Source: Pseudomonadota bacterium (GTDB lineage Bacteria; Bdellovibrionota_G; JALEGL01; DATDPG01). Taken from it: DNA of 64,000 nucleotides. A program made the position numbers and the translations under genes. Below are positions 49,869 through 58,937 of the stretch, in pieces. The notes below the pieces were generated by a model. It was not told the DNA's origin. It did not search any database and saw nothing but the letters and a program-made list of their open reading frames with translations. The DNA is taken from assembly GCA_043809315.1 (NCBI GenBank), contig JAZDDX010000016.1, positions 96,001 to 160,000 of the forward strand. Direction: 5' to 3'. Position 1 is the stretch's first letter. Each line of letters opens with the position of its first letter.

Positions 49869-50678
49869 ATGAATACAACGAAGATGGCGTTTTCTTTGAT
49901 CGCGATTCTGTCACTCGCTGCGTGCGCCGAACTCAAGAAAGCGGAGGAAGATCTGAACCGTCTCGCGAATTCGGGGATGGTGCCGATCGCGAAGACGGAT
50001 CAGGATTCGACGACGGACGCCACAGGATCGACAGGTTCATCTCAAGGGGGCGGCGGGGATTCATCCAGTAACACCGGATCGAATCTCGTGGGAGCCGATG
50101 AAACGTTCGTCGTGACGATCGGCAAGGACGACAACAAAATCGCGGCCGAGAGCGACAACATGATCGTGACCGGGGACGACAACATGATCGTGATTGGAAC
50201 AGATGGCAGTTTCGCGGCGGAAGGCGGTTTCGTGCCGGGAGGCGACAACCTAGTCGTGATCTCGACTGATGTTCCCATCTCTCCTAACCACGCTGTCTGT
50301 CATGAGTTTGCTGAACACGCAAAAGCATCCTTGTACCGACTGGCGAACGGTAGAGAGATGGTCATAATCTCCGTAGACAAGAGTGTTCTCACGAAGATTG
50401 ATGGTTTCGGTTACTTATTGCGACGAAACGGTCTTCCAGTTGGATCTGACTGCGCCGCGTACCAGGGTGCAAACAACTGTAGTGAACTGTTCTACGGACT
50501 GAACCCGGATCGAGAAACGGCGATAAGATCTATTGCCCCAGCGTTTGAAACCAGCCTGAGTTTCGAGAACCGCCTCACGCGTCAGCCCGGCGATATACTG
50601 GAGATCACACCCCGCTACAAACTCGGAACGGACTGCAACCCTGGGCCTGACCCTGGCGATGTTTCCACGCAGTCGTAG
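49869..50678 (+). CDS. Orphan lipoprotein
   Basis: Lipobox LAAC, Ser/Gly/Thr linker, DN(M/L)(I/V)V repeats, Cys-containing C-terminal domain. Confidence 0.75.
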   Translation: MNTTKMAFSLIAILSLAACAELKKAEEDLNRLANSGMVPIAKTDQDSTTDATGSTGSSQGGGGDSSSNTGSNLVGADETFVVTIGKDDNKIAAESDNMIVTGDDNMIVIGTDGSFAAEGGFVPGGDNLVVISTDVPISPNHAVCHEFAEHAKASLYRLANGREMVIISVDKSVLTKIDGFGYLLRRNGLPVGSDCAAYQGANNCSELFYGLNPDRETAIRSIAPAFETSLSFENRLTRQPGDILEITPRYKLGTDCNPGPDPGDVSTQS

Positions 50679-50746
50679 GGCAGAACAGATCCGATGCCGT
50701 AACCCTGCGTACCACGCGCCCCACCTGAGCAGATCTTCGCCCCAAA

Positions 50747-50840
50747 TTGACACGTATGCGTCAAAACCACGCTTCTAACTATCTAACATTACTTGATAAA
50801 TTCAACAGAAACGCGGTGCGTCGGTGGTACGCGCCTTGCG
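50747..50840 (+). promoter_or_regulatory. Enhancer-like palindrome, AT-rich tract and sigma54 promoter
   Basis: TTGACACGTATGCGTCAA (50747-50764); GTGGTACGCGCCTTGCG (50824-50840). Confidence 0.75.
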
Positions 50841-50865
50841 AAGATAGATAAGCAAGGAGTTACAA

Positions 50866-51030
50866 ATGAACGAAACGCCGAAACGAACCTCGTTCCTAAA
50901 AGAGATCGAACTCGCCCTTTTCGACTGCCGCCATCAGATCCGCCAAGCGGTTCGGCAATACGAGAGAGATGTCGAGTCGGCTCTTCGCGATCTCCGGACC
51001 GAATTGAGTCAGACTAGGAACGCCGCGTAA
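50866..51030 (+). CDS. Small 54-aa helical protein (absent from the ORF track)
   Basis: AAGGAG RBS; MNETPKRTSFLKEIELALFDCRHQIRQAVRQYERDVESALRDLRTELSQTRNAA; directly behind a sigma54 promoter. Confidence 0.65.
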   Translation: MNETPKRTSFLKEIELALFDCRHQIRQAVRQYERDVESALRDLRTELSQTRNAA

Positions 51031-51799
51031 TCGCTTCTTTCGCACGGTTCCACAGATCGTCCAGTTCGCGATCGCTCAAACCCTTCAACTCGATCCCGTT
51101 CTTTCGCGCCTCTTCCTCCATCCAACGGAACCTCGTTTCGAACTTCCCTGTCGACAGCCGCAAGCTCGACTCCGCGTCGACCCCCAGGTGACGAGCCAGA
51201 CTCGTCAGGGCAAAGAGAAGATCTCCGAACTCTTCCTCCACACGTTTCGGATCCCCCTCCACTTCCGATAACTCGTCCAACTCCTCGTTGATCTTCGCGC
51301 GGACCTCTTCCGCCTTCTTCCAATCGAACCCGACGCTCGCCGCCTTCTCCCCGACCCGGGAAGCCCGGAGCAGCGCCGGCAGAGTCCCCGGGATCCCATC
51401 GAGCAGATGCTCCCTCCCCTCCTTCTCCTTGATCTTTGACCATTTCTTCAAAACCTGATCCGCGGTCGAGGCCTCATCCCCCTCGTCTTTCCGGAAGACG
51501 TGCGGGTGCCGCCGAACCAGCTTGTCGTGAATCGCCCCGATCACCCCGTCGATGTCGAACGTCCCCACTTCCGACGCCATCTGCGCGTGAAAGACGACCT
51601 GGAGAAGGAGGTCCCCCAGCTCGTCCCGAAGTCCGGGCCAGTCTTTCCGATCGATCGCGTCGACCACCTCGTACGCCTCCTCGATCGCGTACGGCCGGAT
51701 CGACTCGTGCGTCTGCTCCCGGTCCCAGGGGCATCCCCCGTCGCCGCGCAGCTTTTCCATCAGACCGACCAAGGCCCGAAACGGGTCAACCTTCCCCAC
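51014..51799 (-). CDS. mazG: Nucleoside triphosphate pyrophosphohydrolase MazG
   Basis: GCPWDREQT, EEAYEV, DELGDLLLQVVFH, RRHPHVF, EEEFGDLLF. Confidence 0.95.
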   Translation of the reverse strand: MGKVDPFRALVGLMEKLRGDGGCPWDREQTHESIRPYAIEEAYEVVDAIDRKDWPGLRDELGDLLLQVVFHAQMASEVGTFDIDGVIGAIHDKLVRRHPHVFRKDEGDEASTADQVLKKWSKIKEKEGREHLLDGIPGTLPALLRASRVGEKAASVGFDWKKAEEVRAKINEELDELSEVEGDPKRVEEEFGDLLFALTSLARHLGVDAESSLRLSTGKFETRFRWMEEEARKNGIELKGLSDRELDDLWNRAKEAITRRS

Positions 51800-52526
51800 G
51801 AAACACCTCCTCCCGGAACTTCTGGCTCTTCGGCTCGCGCCCGAGCGTCGCACATACGAACGAGTTCAAGACCTGCCGCAATTGCGTCGCCGCCGGGGGC
51901 GGCAACGGATCCCCCGCCTGCGCGGCTTTGATCCAGGCGGCCTCGACGAAGCGCCCTTCGCCGCTCCGCGGGCATCTCGAACAGATCACGCCACCGCGGA
52001 CAAACGAGAAAAAGACCTGTCCCGTGACCGATTCCGAGCCGCATTCCAAGCAACGGTCCCAATGAGGAGCGAACCCCAGGAACGACAGGAGTTCCAACTC
52101 GAACCGAAGATCGGCGGCGACCGAAATCGGTTGCGTCGCCAGACGTCCGAGCGCCTCTTTCCACCACGCGTACGTCTCCGGATGCGGGTCCCCCTCCCCA
52201 AGCAGGTTCCACAGGCAGTCGGCGAGGTATCCAGCCGCCGCCAGCCGGCGGAGATCGCCGCGGAGGCCGTGGTACCCTTCGACGAGAGAGACACGCTCGA
52301 GCCTCCAGAGCGCCCCTTGCGGATCCCGTGGGGGTCGGAGATCGATCGCAAGACAATGAAACAGGTCGAGCGTCCCGCCGAACCGTTTGCGGCTCACGCG
52401 CGCCTTCATCGCAAACGCCGAAATCTTCCCCATATCGGGGGTTAAGAATCCGACGATCCGGTCGCTCTCCCCGTAATCGATGATCCGAAGAACGATCCCC
52501 TCCGTTTCCCGCGAAGGGGCGTTCAT
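51786..52526 (-). CDS. recO: DNA repair protein RecO
   Basis: GIVLRIIDYGESDRIV, SRKRFGG, CLECG...CSRC zinc finger. Confidence 0.92.
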   Translation of the reverse strand: MNAPSRETEGIVLRIIDYGESDRIVGFLTPDMGKISAFAMKARVSRKRFGGTLDLFHCLAIDLRPPRDPQGALWRLERVSLVEGYHGLRGDLRRLAAAGYLADCLWNLLGEGDPHPETYAWWKEALGRLATQPISVAADLRFELELLSFLGFAPHWDRCLECGSESVTGQVFFSFVRGGVICSRCPRSGEGRFVEAAWIKAAQAGDPLPPPAATQLRQVLNSFVCATLGREPKSQKFREEVFRGEG

Positions 52527-53422
52527 CGGAACAGCCTTCGGCGCCTCTTCTCGTCGAATCCGAATACCTGGAGAGGTGGAGCCGACGTCGAAACAACGAG
52601 CCGCTCTCCCAGGTGGAACGGGAACTGACTGTGAGCGCCGTCGACGTAGACTCGGCCGTTCCTCATCTTGGAATAGAGGACGAGCTCCTCGTCGGCTTTC
52701 AGGATTCCGCGAGCCTTCCCGAGAAAGGAACCGTTCCGGGGATACGGCTCCCGGACGACGAACTGGAATCCGCGGCTCCGGATCGGCATCACCTTCCCGC
52801 CTGCGGAGGCCAGTGCGGCGGTCGTCCCGGCCGGTGGCGCGATCCAGACACCGGAGCATTTGAACTCGAACCGGTCGTTGCACCGCTCGAAAATCAGTTT
52901 CGATGTCGCGGCCGGATTCGCATGCGCGATCAAGGCGTCGTTGAGGACCGGGAACGGGATCTTCTGTCGTCCGATTCGGATGGCGAGCCGGGCCAGATCG
53001 ATCGGCTTCGCTCTCCCCAGCTCGATCGCGTCGAGCATCTCCTCGAAGCGGTCGGGGATCGTCCCACAAAGAAGACCGACACTGTCATTTGGGCTGGAGT
53101 TCAACCCGAGGATCGGACACCCGGTGAGCGAGTGGGCGGCGTCCAGAAACGTGCCGTCCCCCCCAACGGTGAGGACGAGGTCGACCCCCCGTTGCCGGAA
53201 TGGGCGTGCTCGGTAAACGAACTCCGCCGAGATCCCTCGGCGCTTCAAAACCTCACGAACCAGGGCGAGGGCTTCGTAGTGACTCCGGTGGCTCGGAACG
53301 AACCGGCGTGTGACCGGGTGGCCCGACCGGAGCATGGACATAACCCGCGGGCTCTTTCGCTCCTTCGTGTAAAGCTCCAGCGCGCTCTTCTTGTAGACCA
53401 CTACGACCTTCCGGAGCTTCAC
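52523..53422 (-). CDS. nadK: NAD(+) kinase family protein
   Basis: TVGGDGTFL, VLND, SGVWIAPPAGTTA...SAGG. Confidence 0.85.
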   Translation of the reverse strand: MKLRKVVVVYKKSALELYTKERKSPRVMSMLRSGHPVTRRFVPSHRSHYEALALVREVLKRRGISAEFVYRARPFRQRGVDLVLTVGGDGTFLDAAHSLTGCPILGLNSSPNDSVGLLCGTIPDRFEEMLDAIELGRAKPIDLARLAIRIGRQKIPFPVLNDALIAHANPAATSKLIFERCNDRFEFKCSGVWIAPPAGTTAALASAGGKVMPIRSRGFQFVVREPYPRNGSFLGKARGILKADEELVLYSKMRNGRVYVDGAHSQFPFHLGERLVVSTSAPPLQVFGFDEKRRRRLFR

Positions 53423-55053
53423 GACGCATCCCCCCTCGCGATCGGCATCCGCCACCCGGATCCGAACGCTTTCGGGGAAAGGCGTAAGCCCGGCGCGGCC
53501 TGGCGGCGTTTGAACTCGTTCCGGTCGACCATCGAGATCACGCGCTCGACGACTTCACGCGGGTATCCCGCCTTCACGATCCGGTCGATCCCGGCTCTCT
53601 CCTCGACGTACATCTTCAAGATCGGGTCGAGCTGTCCGTACGGCGGGAGGGAATCCTCGTCCTTCTGATCGGGCCGGAGTTCCGCGGAGGGGGGCCGGTC
53701 GAAGACCCGCTTCGGTACCGCCTTCCATTTGTCGTTCAGGTATCTCGCGACGGTGTAAACCCCTTCCTTCGGAAGATCGGAGATGACGGCAAGCCCTCCG
53801 GCCATGTCGCCATACTGCGTGCAGTACCCGACCGCCAGCTCCGACTTGTTCCCGGTGCTCAAGACGAGCGCCCCGAATTTGTTCGAAAGCGCCATCAGGA
53901 GATTCCCCCGGATCCGGGCCTGGATGTTTTCCTCCGTCGCATCCGGCTCTTTTCCGGCGAACAGATCGGCCAGGGAGCGGTCGTACTCTTTCATCAACGG
54001 CTCGATCGGAAGGGTCAGGAACCCGATTCCGAGTTTTGCGGCCAGTGCGGCGGCGTCGGTCTGACTGGCCTCGCTCGTGAACGGCGACGGCATCGACACC
54101 CCCGTCACCTTCCCGGCCCCGAGCGCCTCGACCGCGAGAAGGGCGACCAGGGAAGAGTCGATCCCTCCGGAAAGTCCGATCAAGGCTCGGTCGAACCCGC
54201 ATTTATGCGTGTAGTCCCGGATCCCCATCGTCAGAGCCCGGGCCACCCACTCGGGGGACTTCTCCGGCCAAGGATGGAGGTCTCCACTCCCGTTCCCGAA
54301 ATCGACGACCGCCAGATCTTCTTCGAACACCTTGCAGCGGGCGAGTACCTTTCCGTGCGGGTCCAGGGCGACGCTCCCGCCGTCGAAAAGAATCTCGTCG
54401 TTCCCGCCGACCAGGTTCACGATCACGAACGGAATCCTGAGATCGGAGACCACCCGGTCGAACAGCCGTTTCCGGATCTTTTCCTTCCCGTCGTGATACG
54501 GCGAAGAGGAGAGATTGACGATCAGCTTCGCCCCCTTTTCTTTCAGCTCCCGCGCGGGGAACCGCTCGTACAGCTTCCTTCCTAAGAACTCTTCGTAGTT
54601 CCAGATATCCTCGCAGATGGTGATCCCGACCGGCATTCCTCCGATCGTGACGAGATCGCTCCGGTCGGCGGAATCGAAATAGCGGGCTTCCTCGAAGATG
54701 TCGTACGTCGGAAGGAGGCTCTTGTGCTGGACGAACCGCACCTTGCCTCCCGAAACATACGCGGCGGCGTTGTACTTTCCTTTTCCGGTCTTTCCACCGG
54801 CATCGACGAAGCCGACGATGAAGTCCTGCTTCGGATGGTCGGCAGCCAACCGGTCGAGCGCCTCCCGGCTTCGGGGGAGGAACCCCTCGATTTCGAGGAG
54901 GTCCTTGGGGGGGTATCCGACCAGCGCCAACTCCGGGAAGACGGTCAGATCGGCACCACGGGAGGCCGCTTCTTTCAAAAACCGGGCGATCCGGCGGCAG
55001 TTCGCATCGACCGCCCCCATCGAAGTATTGATCTGGGCCAGAGCCAGACGCAT
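53419..55053 (-). CDS. nadE: Glutamine-dependent NAD+ synthetase
   Basis: Nitrilase domain (FPEL, ICEDIW) plus GLSGGIDS, ENIQARIRG, TGNKSE, PPSAELRPDQKD. Confidence 0.96.
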   Translation of the reverse strand: MRLALAQINTSMGAVDANCRRIARFLKEAASRGADLTVFPELALVGYPPKDLLEIEGFLPRSREALDRLAADHPKQDFIVGFVDAGGKTGKGKYNAAAYVSGGKVRFVQHKSLLPTYDIFEEARYFDSADRSDLVTIGGMPVGITICEDIWNYEEFLGRKLYERFPARELKEKGAKLIVNLSSSPYHDGKEKIRKRLFDRVVSDLRIPFVIVNLVGGNDEILFDGGSVALDPHGKVLARCKVFEEDLAVVDFGNGSGDLHPWPEKSPEWVARALTMGIRDYTHKCGFDRALIGLSGGIDSSLVALLAVEALGAGKVTGVSMPSPFTSEASQTDAAALAAKLGIGFLTLPIEPLMKEYDRSLADLFAGKEPDATEENIQARIRGNLLMALSNKFGALVLSTGNKSELAVGYCTQYGDMAGGLAVISDLPKEGVYTVARYLNDKWKAVPKRVFDRPPSAELRPDQKDEDSLPPYGQLDPILKMYVEERAGIDRIVKAGYPREVVERVISMVDRNEFKRRQAAPGLRLSPKAFGSGWRMPIARGDAS

Positions 55054-55120
55054 CGGGGCGCATGGTACCACGTCCGCGCCGCAAGACACGTTTCGAACCG
55101 GATGGTAGGCTGCGCGCATC

Positions 55121-55846
55121 GTGGCTTTCCGGATTCGACGTATAATTCCCGTTCTCGCCCTCCTGATCTCCGTGGGAAGGGTCGCCGCCGACGACGGGAG
55201 AACCCCATTCACGGTCGTTTTGGATCCGGGGCATGGCGGTACCGACGCCGGCGTCCGTCGGGATCCGCTCACGGAAAAAGGGCTAACTCTCGATATCGCC
55301 CGACGGGTCGAAACGATCCTGAAAGGACGACCGGAGATCCGTGTTCTTCTGACTCGCACGGATGACACGCGGGTGTCGTCCGACGATCGCAAAAAACTGG
55401 GGAATGCAAACCCCGCAGGGATCTACATCTCACTCCACTTCGCCTCGGCTTCCGACCCCGCGCTGCGGGGCCCGCGAGTCTATGTCCTCCCTCCGCCCAC
55501 CGTGAGCGGTACGCGGTCCGCTCTTCCCAAAGCCGACCAGGCACACGCCTGGAGTTTGAGCGAAAGCTGGAAGTTGGCGAAGACGTTGAGCCGGACGCTC
55601 GCCCCCCAGGAAGCGGACGGACTCGCAAGAATCGCCCCTCTCCCGCTGGTCCCGCTCCTCGGGGTGACGGTCCCTTGTACGCTCGTCGAGATCGATTATT
55701 TGACGGCGGCCGATTCCAGCCGGTGGAGCGATCCGGTCTCGGTCGAGGCAACGGCACAACAGATCGCCTCCGCGATCACCTTGTATCAGCAGCCGGTTCC
55801 TTCGCTTGACCCGGCACCGCCGGCAGGGAACAATCCGCCGCCATGA
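55121..55846 (+). CDS. N-acetylmuramoyl-L-alanine amidase (Amidase_3)
   Basis: Signal peptide; VVLDPGHGG, EKGLTL, LTRTDD, ISLH, LVE. Confidence 0.88.
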   Translation: MAFRIRRIIPVLALLISVGRVAADDGRTPFTVVLDPGHGGTDAGVRRDPLTEKGLTLDIARRVETILKGRPEIRVLLTRTDDTRVSSDDRKKLGNANPAGIYISLHFASASDPALRGPRVYVLPPPTVSGTRSALPKADQAHAWSLSESWKLAKTLSRTLAPQEADGLARIAPLPLVPLLGVTVPCTLVEIDYLTAADSSRWSDPVSVEATAQQIASAITLYQQPVPSLDPAPPAGNNPPP

Positions 55847-56568
55847 GAACTTCGAACCGGGACGACTTGGGGCTGCGACGGATCACGTTGGAGCCGAACT
55901 TCATCAAACATGCTGAAGGCTCCTGTCTACTCAAGATGGGGGAGACCTGGGTGATCACCACCGCCTCCGTCGAGGAAAAGGTCCCCCCGTGGCTGGAAAG
56001 AAAGGGGAGCGGCTGGGTGACGGCCGAATACGCGATGCTCCCCCGCGCGACGAACTCGCGGACACGGCGGGAAGGGGCCGCCGGCAAGCAAACGGGTCGG
56101 ACGCAGGAGATCCAGCGGCTGATCGGGCGAGCCCTCCGCGCTGCGGTGGACTTGAAGGCGCTCGGCGAGCGGACGATCACGATCGATTGCGACGTGATCC
56201 AGGCGGACGGGGGAACACGGATCGCCTCGATCAACGGCGGCTTCGTGTCGCTGGCGCTGGCGATCGCGTGGCTTCAGAAAAAAGAAAAGATCGCGACCAG
56301 CCCGATCAAATCGGCGGTGGCCGGTATTTCTCTCGGGCTCAAGAAGGGGAATTTTCTGGTCGATCCCGACTACAACGAGGACTCGACCTGCGACGTCGAC
56401 CTGAACGTCGTGATGCTGGAGAAGGGGAAGATCGTGGAGCTGCAGGGGACCGCCGAAGGGGCGACCTTCACGGCCGAAGAGTCGAATCAGATGGTCCGGC
56501 AGGCCTCCCACGCGATCGAGCGGATCTTCGACGCCCAGTATTCCGCGCTCGGTGTCGCGCGTGCCTGA
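55843..56568 (+). CDS. rph: Ribonuclease PH
   Basis: GWVTAEYAMLPRAT, GRTQEIQRLIGRALR, DCDVIQADGGTR. Confidence 0.96.
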   Translation: MRTSNRDDLGLRRITLEPNFIKHAEGSCLLKMGETWVITTASVEEKVPPWLERKGSGWVTAEYAMLPRATNSRTRREGAAGKQTGRTQEIQRLIGRALRAAVDLKALGERTITIDCDVIQADGGTRIASINGGFVSLALAIAWLQKKEKIATSPIKSAVAGISLGLKKGNFLVDPDYNEDSTCDVDLNVVMLEKGKIVELQGTAEGATFTAEESNQMVRQASHAIERIFDAQYSALGVARA

Positions 56569-57142
56569 GCTGCTGATCGCGACGCAAAACCGCGGGAAGG
56601 TCAAAGAGATCAGCGCGTTCTTCGCGTCGGTTCGACCCGACCTTACTTGTCTCGCTCTCGCTGACCTCGATCCTTCCTGGAATGTGATCGAAAACGGAGC
56701 GACGTTTCTCGAAAACGCCCGGAAAAAGGGGATCGAAACGGCGAAGAGGTTCGGCAAGATCACGCTCGCGGACGACACGGGGCTTCTGGTGGATCGCTTG
56801 GACGGGCGCCCCGGGGTCTATTCGTCGCGGTATGCGAATTCGGATGCGGAAAAAGTTGAAAGACTTCTCGGAGAATTACGCGGGATTCCGAAGGAAAAGA
56901 GAACCGCGCGGTTCGAGTGCGTGATGGTTCTCGCGCAACCGGACGGCAAGACCGCCGTCGAGACGGGGACGGTGGAAGGAACGATCCTTGAGTCGCCGCG
57001 GGGAACCGATGGGTTCGGGTTCGATCCGGTCTTCTGGATCCCAGAGCTTCAAAAAACGCTGGCGGAGATCTCGACCGACGAGAAAAACCGAATCAGTCAC
57101 CGGGCCAAAGCTCTTCGGAAGATCGCGCGGCATCTGGTATAA
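56561..57142 (+). CDS. rdgB: Non-canonical purine NTP pyrophosphatase
   Basis: ATQNRGKVKE, ADDTGL, PGVYSSRY, GFGFDPVF, KNRISHR. Confidence 0.94.
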   Translation: MPELLIATQNRGKVKEISAFFASVRPDLTCLALADLDPSWNVIENGATFLENARKKGIETAKRFGKITLADDTGLLVDRLDGRPGVYSSRYANSDAEKVERLLGELRGIPKEKRTARFECVMVLAQPDGKTAVETGTVEGTILESPRGTDGFGFDPVFWIPELQKTLAEISTDEKNRISHRAKALRKIARHLV

Positions 57143-57157
57143 GAGAGGCGATCGTGT

Positions 57158-57234
57158 CGGGGCGTAGCTCAGCCTGGTAGAGCACCTGCTTTGGGAGCAG
57201 GGGGTCGCCGGTTCAAATCCAGTCGCCCCGACCA
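57158..57234 (+). tRNA. tRNA-Pro(TGG)
   Basis: CGGGGCG acceptor stem, CCTGC-TTTGGGA-GCAGG anticodon arm, GGTTCAAATCC, encoded CCA. Confidence 0.95.
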
Positions 57235-57257
57235 ACTTTAAGCTCGTCGATAGATCC

Positions 57258-58937
57258 GTGAAGAGAGCCGGACTCATCCTCGTCCTCCTGTTTCTCTGGA
57301 TCGCCCACTTGACCCCGGTGGTCGATCCCGATCTCTGGTGGCATATCGCCGTCGGCAAGGAGATCCTCGCAAACCACGCCATCCCGACGACCGATCTCTA
57401 TTCCCACACATTCCCGGGCGCGTCCTGCGTCTACCCCGACTGGTTGGGGGGTGTTTTCTGGGCCACGATCGATTCCTGGGGAGGGATCCCCTTGCTCGTC
57501 ATCGCTACCGCCACGCTCCTCATTCTGACCTACGTCTTGAGTTGGAGCGCCGTCGATCGCGAGCGCTCCCCGTTTCTCGAGTCGGCCGTGGTTTTCCTTT
57601 CCCTCTTCTTCTGCCTCAAAACCTACGCTCTGGCCCGACCGCAGCTCCTCGGCTTTTTCTTTTTCGGATTGATCTCCTGGTGCGCGGCTCGAGCGCGAAG
57701 CGCAAATCATCGCTGGATCTACGTCATCCCGCTCGTCCAGATTCTCTGGATCAACACTCACCGGAGCGCCCTCCTCGCTCCTCTCTTCATGGCGACCGTT
57801 CTGTTCTTCTCAGATCCGAAAGATCGAAAGGTATTCCTCCGAGGAACGATCCTGACCGTCCTCGCGACCTTCCTCCATCCCCAGGCGCTCTTCCTTTGGA
57901 GTTCGACGCTGGGGCTTTTCGGCTCGGCTGAGATGCGGACCCACGTCATCGAATGGCAGGGGTCGGGCCCGTGGGGTCTGATCCGATCGTTCTTTCCGCT
58001 CTGGATCTCGATCGTTCTCCTGTTCCTCTTCCGGACGCCCCGGCGCGGAGAGACCTGGTTCGCCCTCGCACTCTCCATCGCCGGAATCCGCTATCCGCGC
58101 CTCCTCCCGTTCGCATCGCTCCTTCTGGTGCCGGCCGGATTCGCCTGGATCCGGAACTTTTCTTCGCTTCGAACGAAGGTCCCTGCCGCCGTCTATTCGC
58201 TGGTTCTCTCCGCGGTGATCGTTCTCTCGTGGTTCGCGCCGGGTTGGGCGAGCCCGATCCGCTCCGACCGACCGGGGTTCAAGATCTCTTCCACCTTCCC
58301 CCGTGCCGCGGCCGATCTTTTGCGTCGCGAGTTCCCCCAGGCGCGGCTCTTCAACCTTCTCGAAGACGGCGGATATCTCATGTACCACCTCGGCCGCGAT
58401 GCGCGTCTCTTCATCGACGGACGGACCGGGATTCTCTATCCGTTCTCGCTCGTGGAGGAGGGGGCGAACGCCCTTTCCTCCCGGCAGGCTCTCCTCGCTG
58501 TACTAGAGCGCCGCAAAGTCGAGGTGGCGATCCTTCCGGTCGCGCCGGGCGATCGTTTCGACTCCCTTCTCGCGGGAGATCCGCGGTGGCCGGTCGTCCT
58601 TCTGGGGGATCATCGCGTCGTACACCTCCGCGCGGATCTTCTCCCGAAACATCCCGGTCTCCGACCGTTGACCGGGGTCGACCTTGCCGATCCGTTCCGG
58701 TCGATCGCGGCGATGAAAACAAACGCGCCGGGTTGGAGTCAGCTGCGAGAGACGCTCGATCAGTACCGTTCTCTCGATTCTTCGAGCTTCAAAGCGACCG
58801 TCCTGCGGGCGTTCGTCGCGCATCGGGAGGGGGATCGTTCCTCGGAAGCCGACCTCCTTCGGCGCGCGTTGGTCTTGAACCCACAGTATGACTTCGCGAA
58901 GCGAGAACTCACCGCTTTGGAGAACCGGCGACCTTGA
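57258..58937 (+). CDS. Multi-TM GT-C-like membrane protein with TPR-like C-terminus
   Basis: DPDLWWHIAVG loop after TM1, RPQL, LWINTH, LFIDGR, RRALVLNP. Confidence 0.72.
   Translation: MKRAGLILVLLFLWIAHLTPVVDPDLWWHIAVGKEILANHAIPTTDLYSHTFPGASCVYPDWLGGVFWATIDSWGGIPLLVIATATLLILTYVLSWSAVDRERSPFLESAVVFLSLFFCLKTYALARPQLLGFFFFGLISWCAARARSANHRWIYVIPLVQILWINTHRSALLAPLFMATVLFFSDPKDRKVFLRGTILTVLATFLHPQALFLWSSTLGLFGSAEMRTHVIEWQGSGPWGLIRSFFPLWISIVLLFLFRTPRRGETWFALALSIAGIRYPRLLPFASLLLVPAGFAWIRNFSSLRTKVPAAVYSLVLSAVIVLSWFAPGWASPIRSDRPGFKISSTFPRAAADLLRREFPQARLFNLLEDGGYLMYHLGRDARLFIDGRTGILYPFSLVEEGANALSSRQALLAVLERRKVEVAILPVAPGDRFDSLLAGDPRWPVVLLGDHRVVHLRADLLPKHPGLRPLTGVDLADPFRSIAAMKTNAPGWSQLRETLDQYRSLDSSSFKATVLRAFVAHREGDRSSEADLLRRALVLNPQYDFAKRELTALENRRP

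Noticed and set aside
57158-57260. tRNA-Pro as the integration site of a genomic island
   Set aside because: No integrase, no duplicated tRNA-Pro 3' end in the window, and downstream genes look compositionally native
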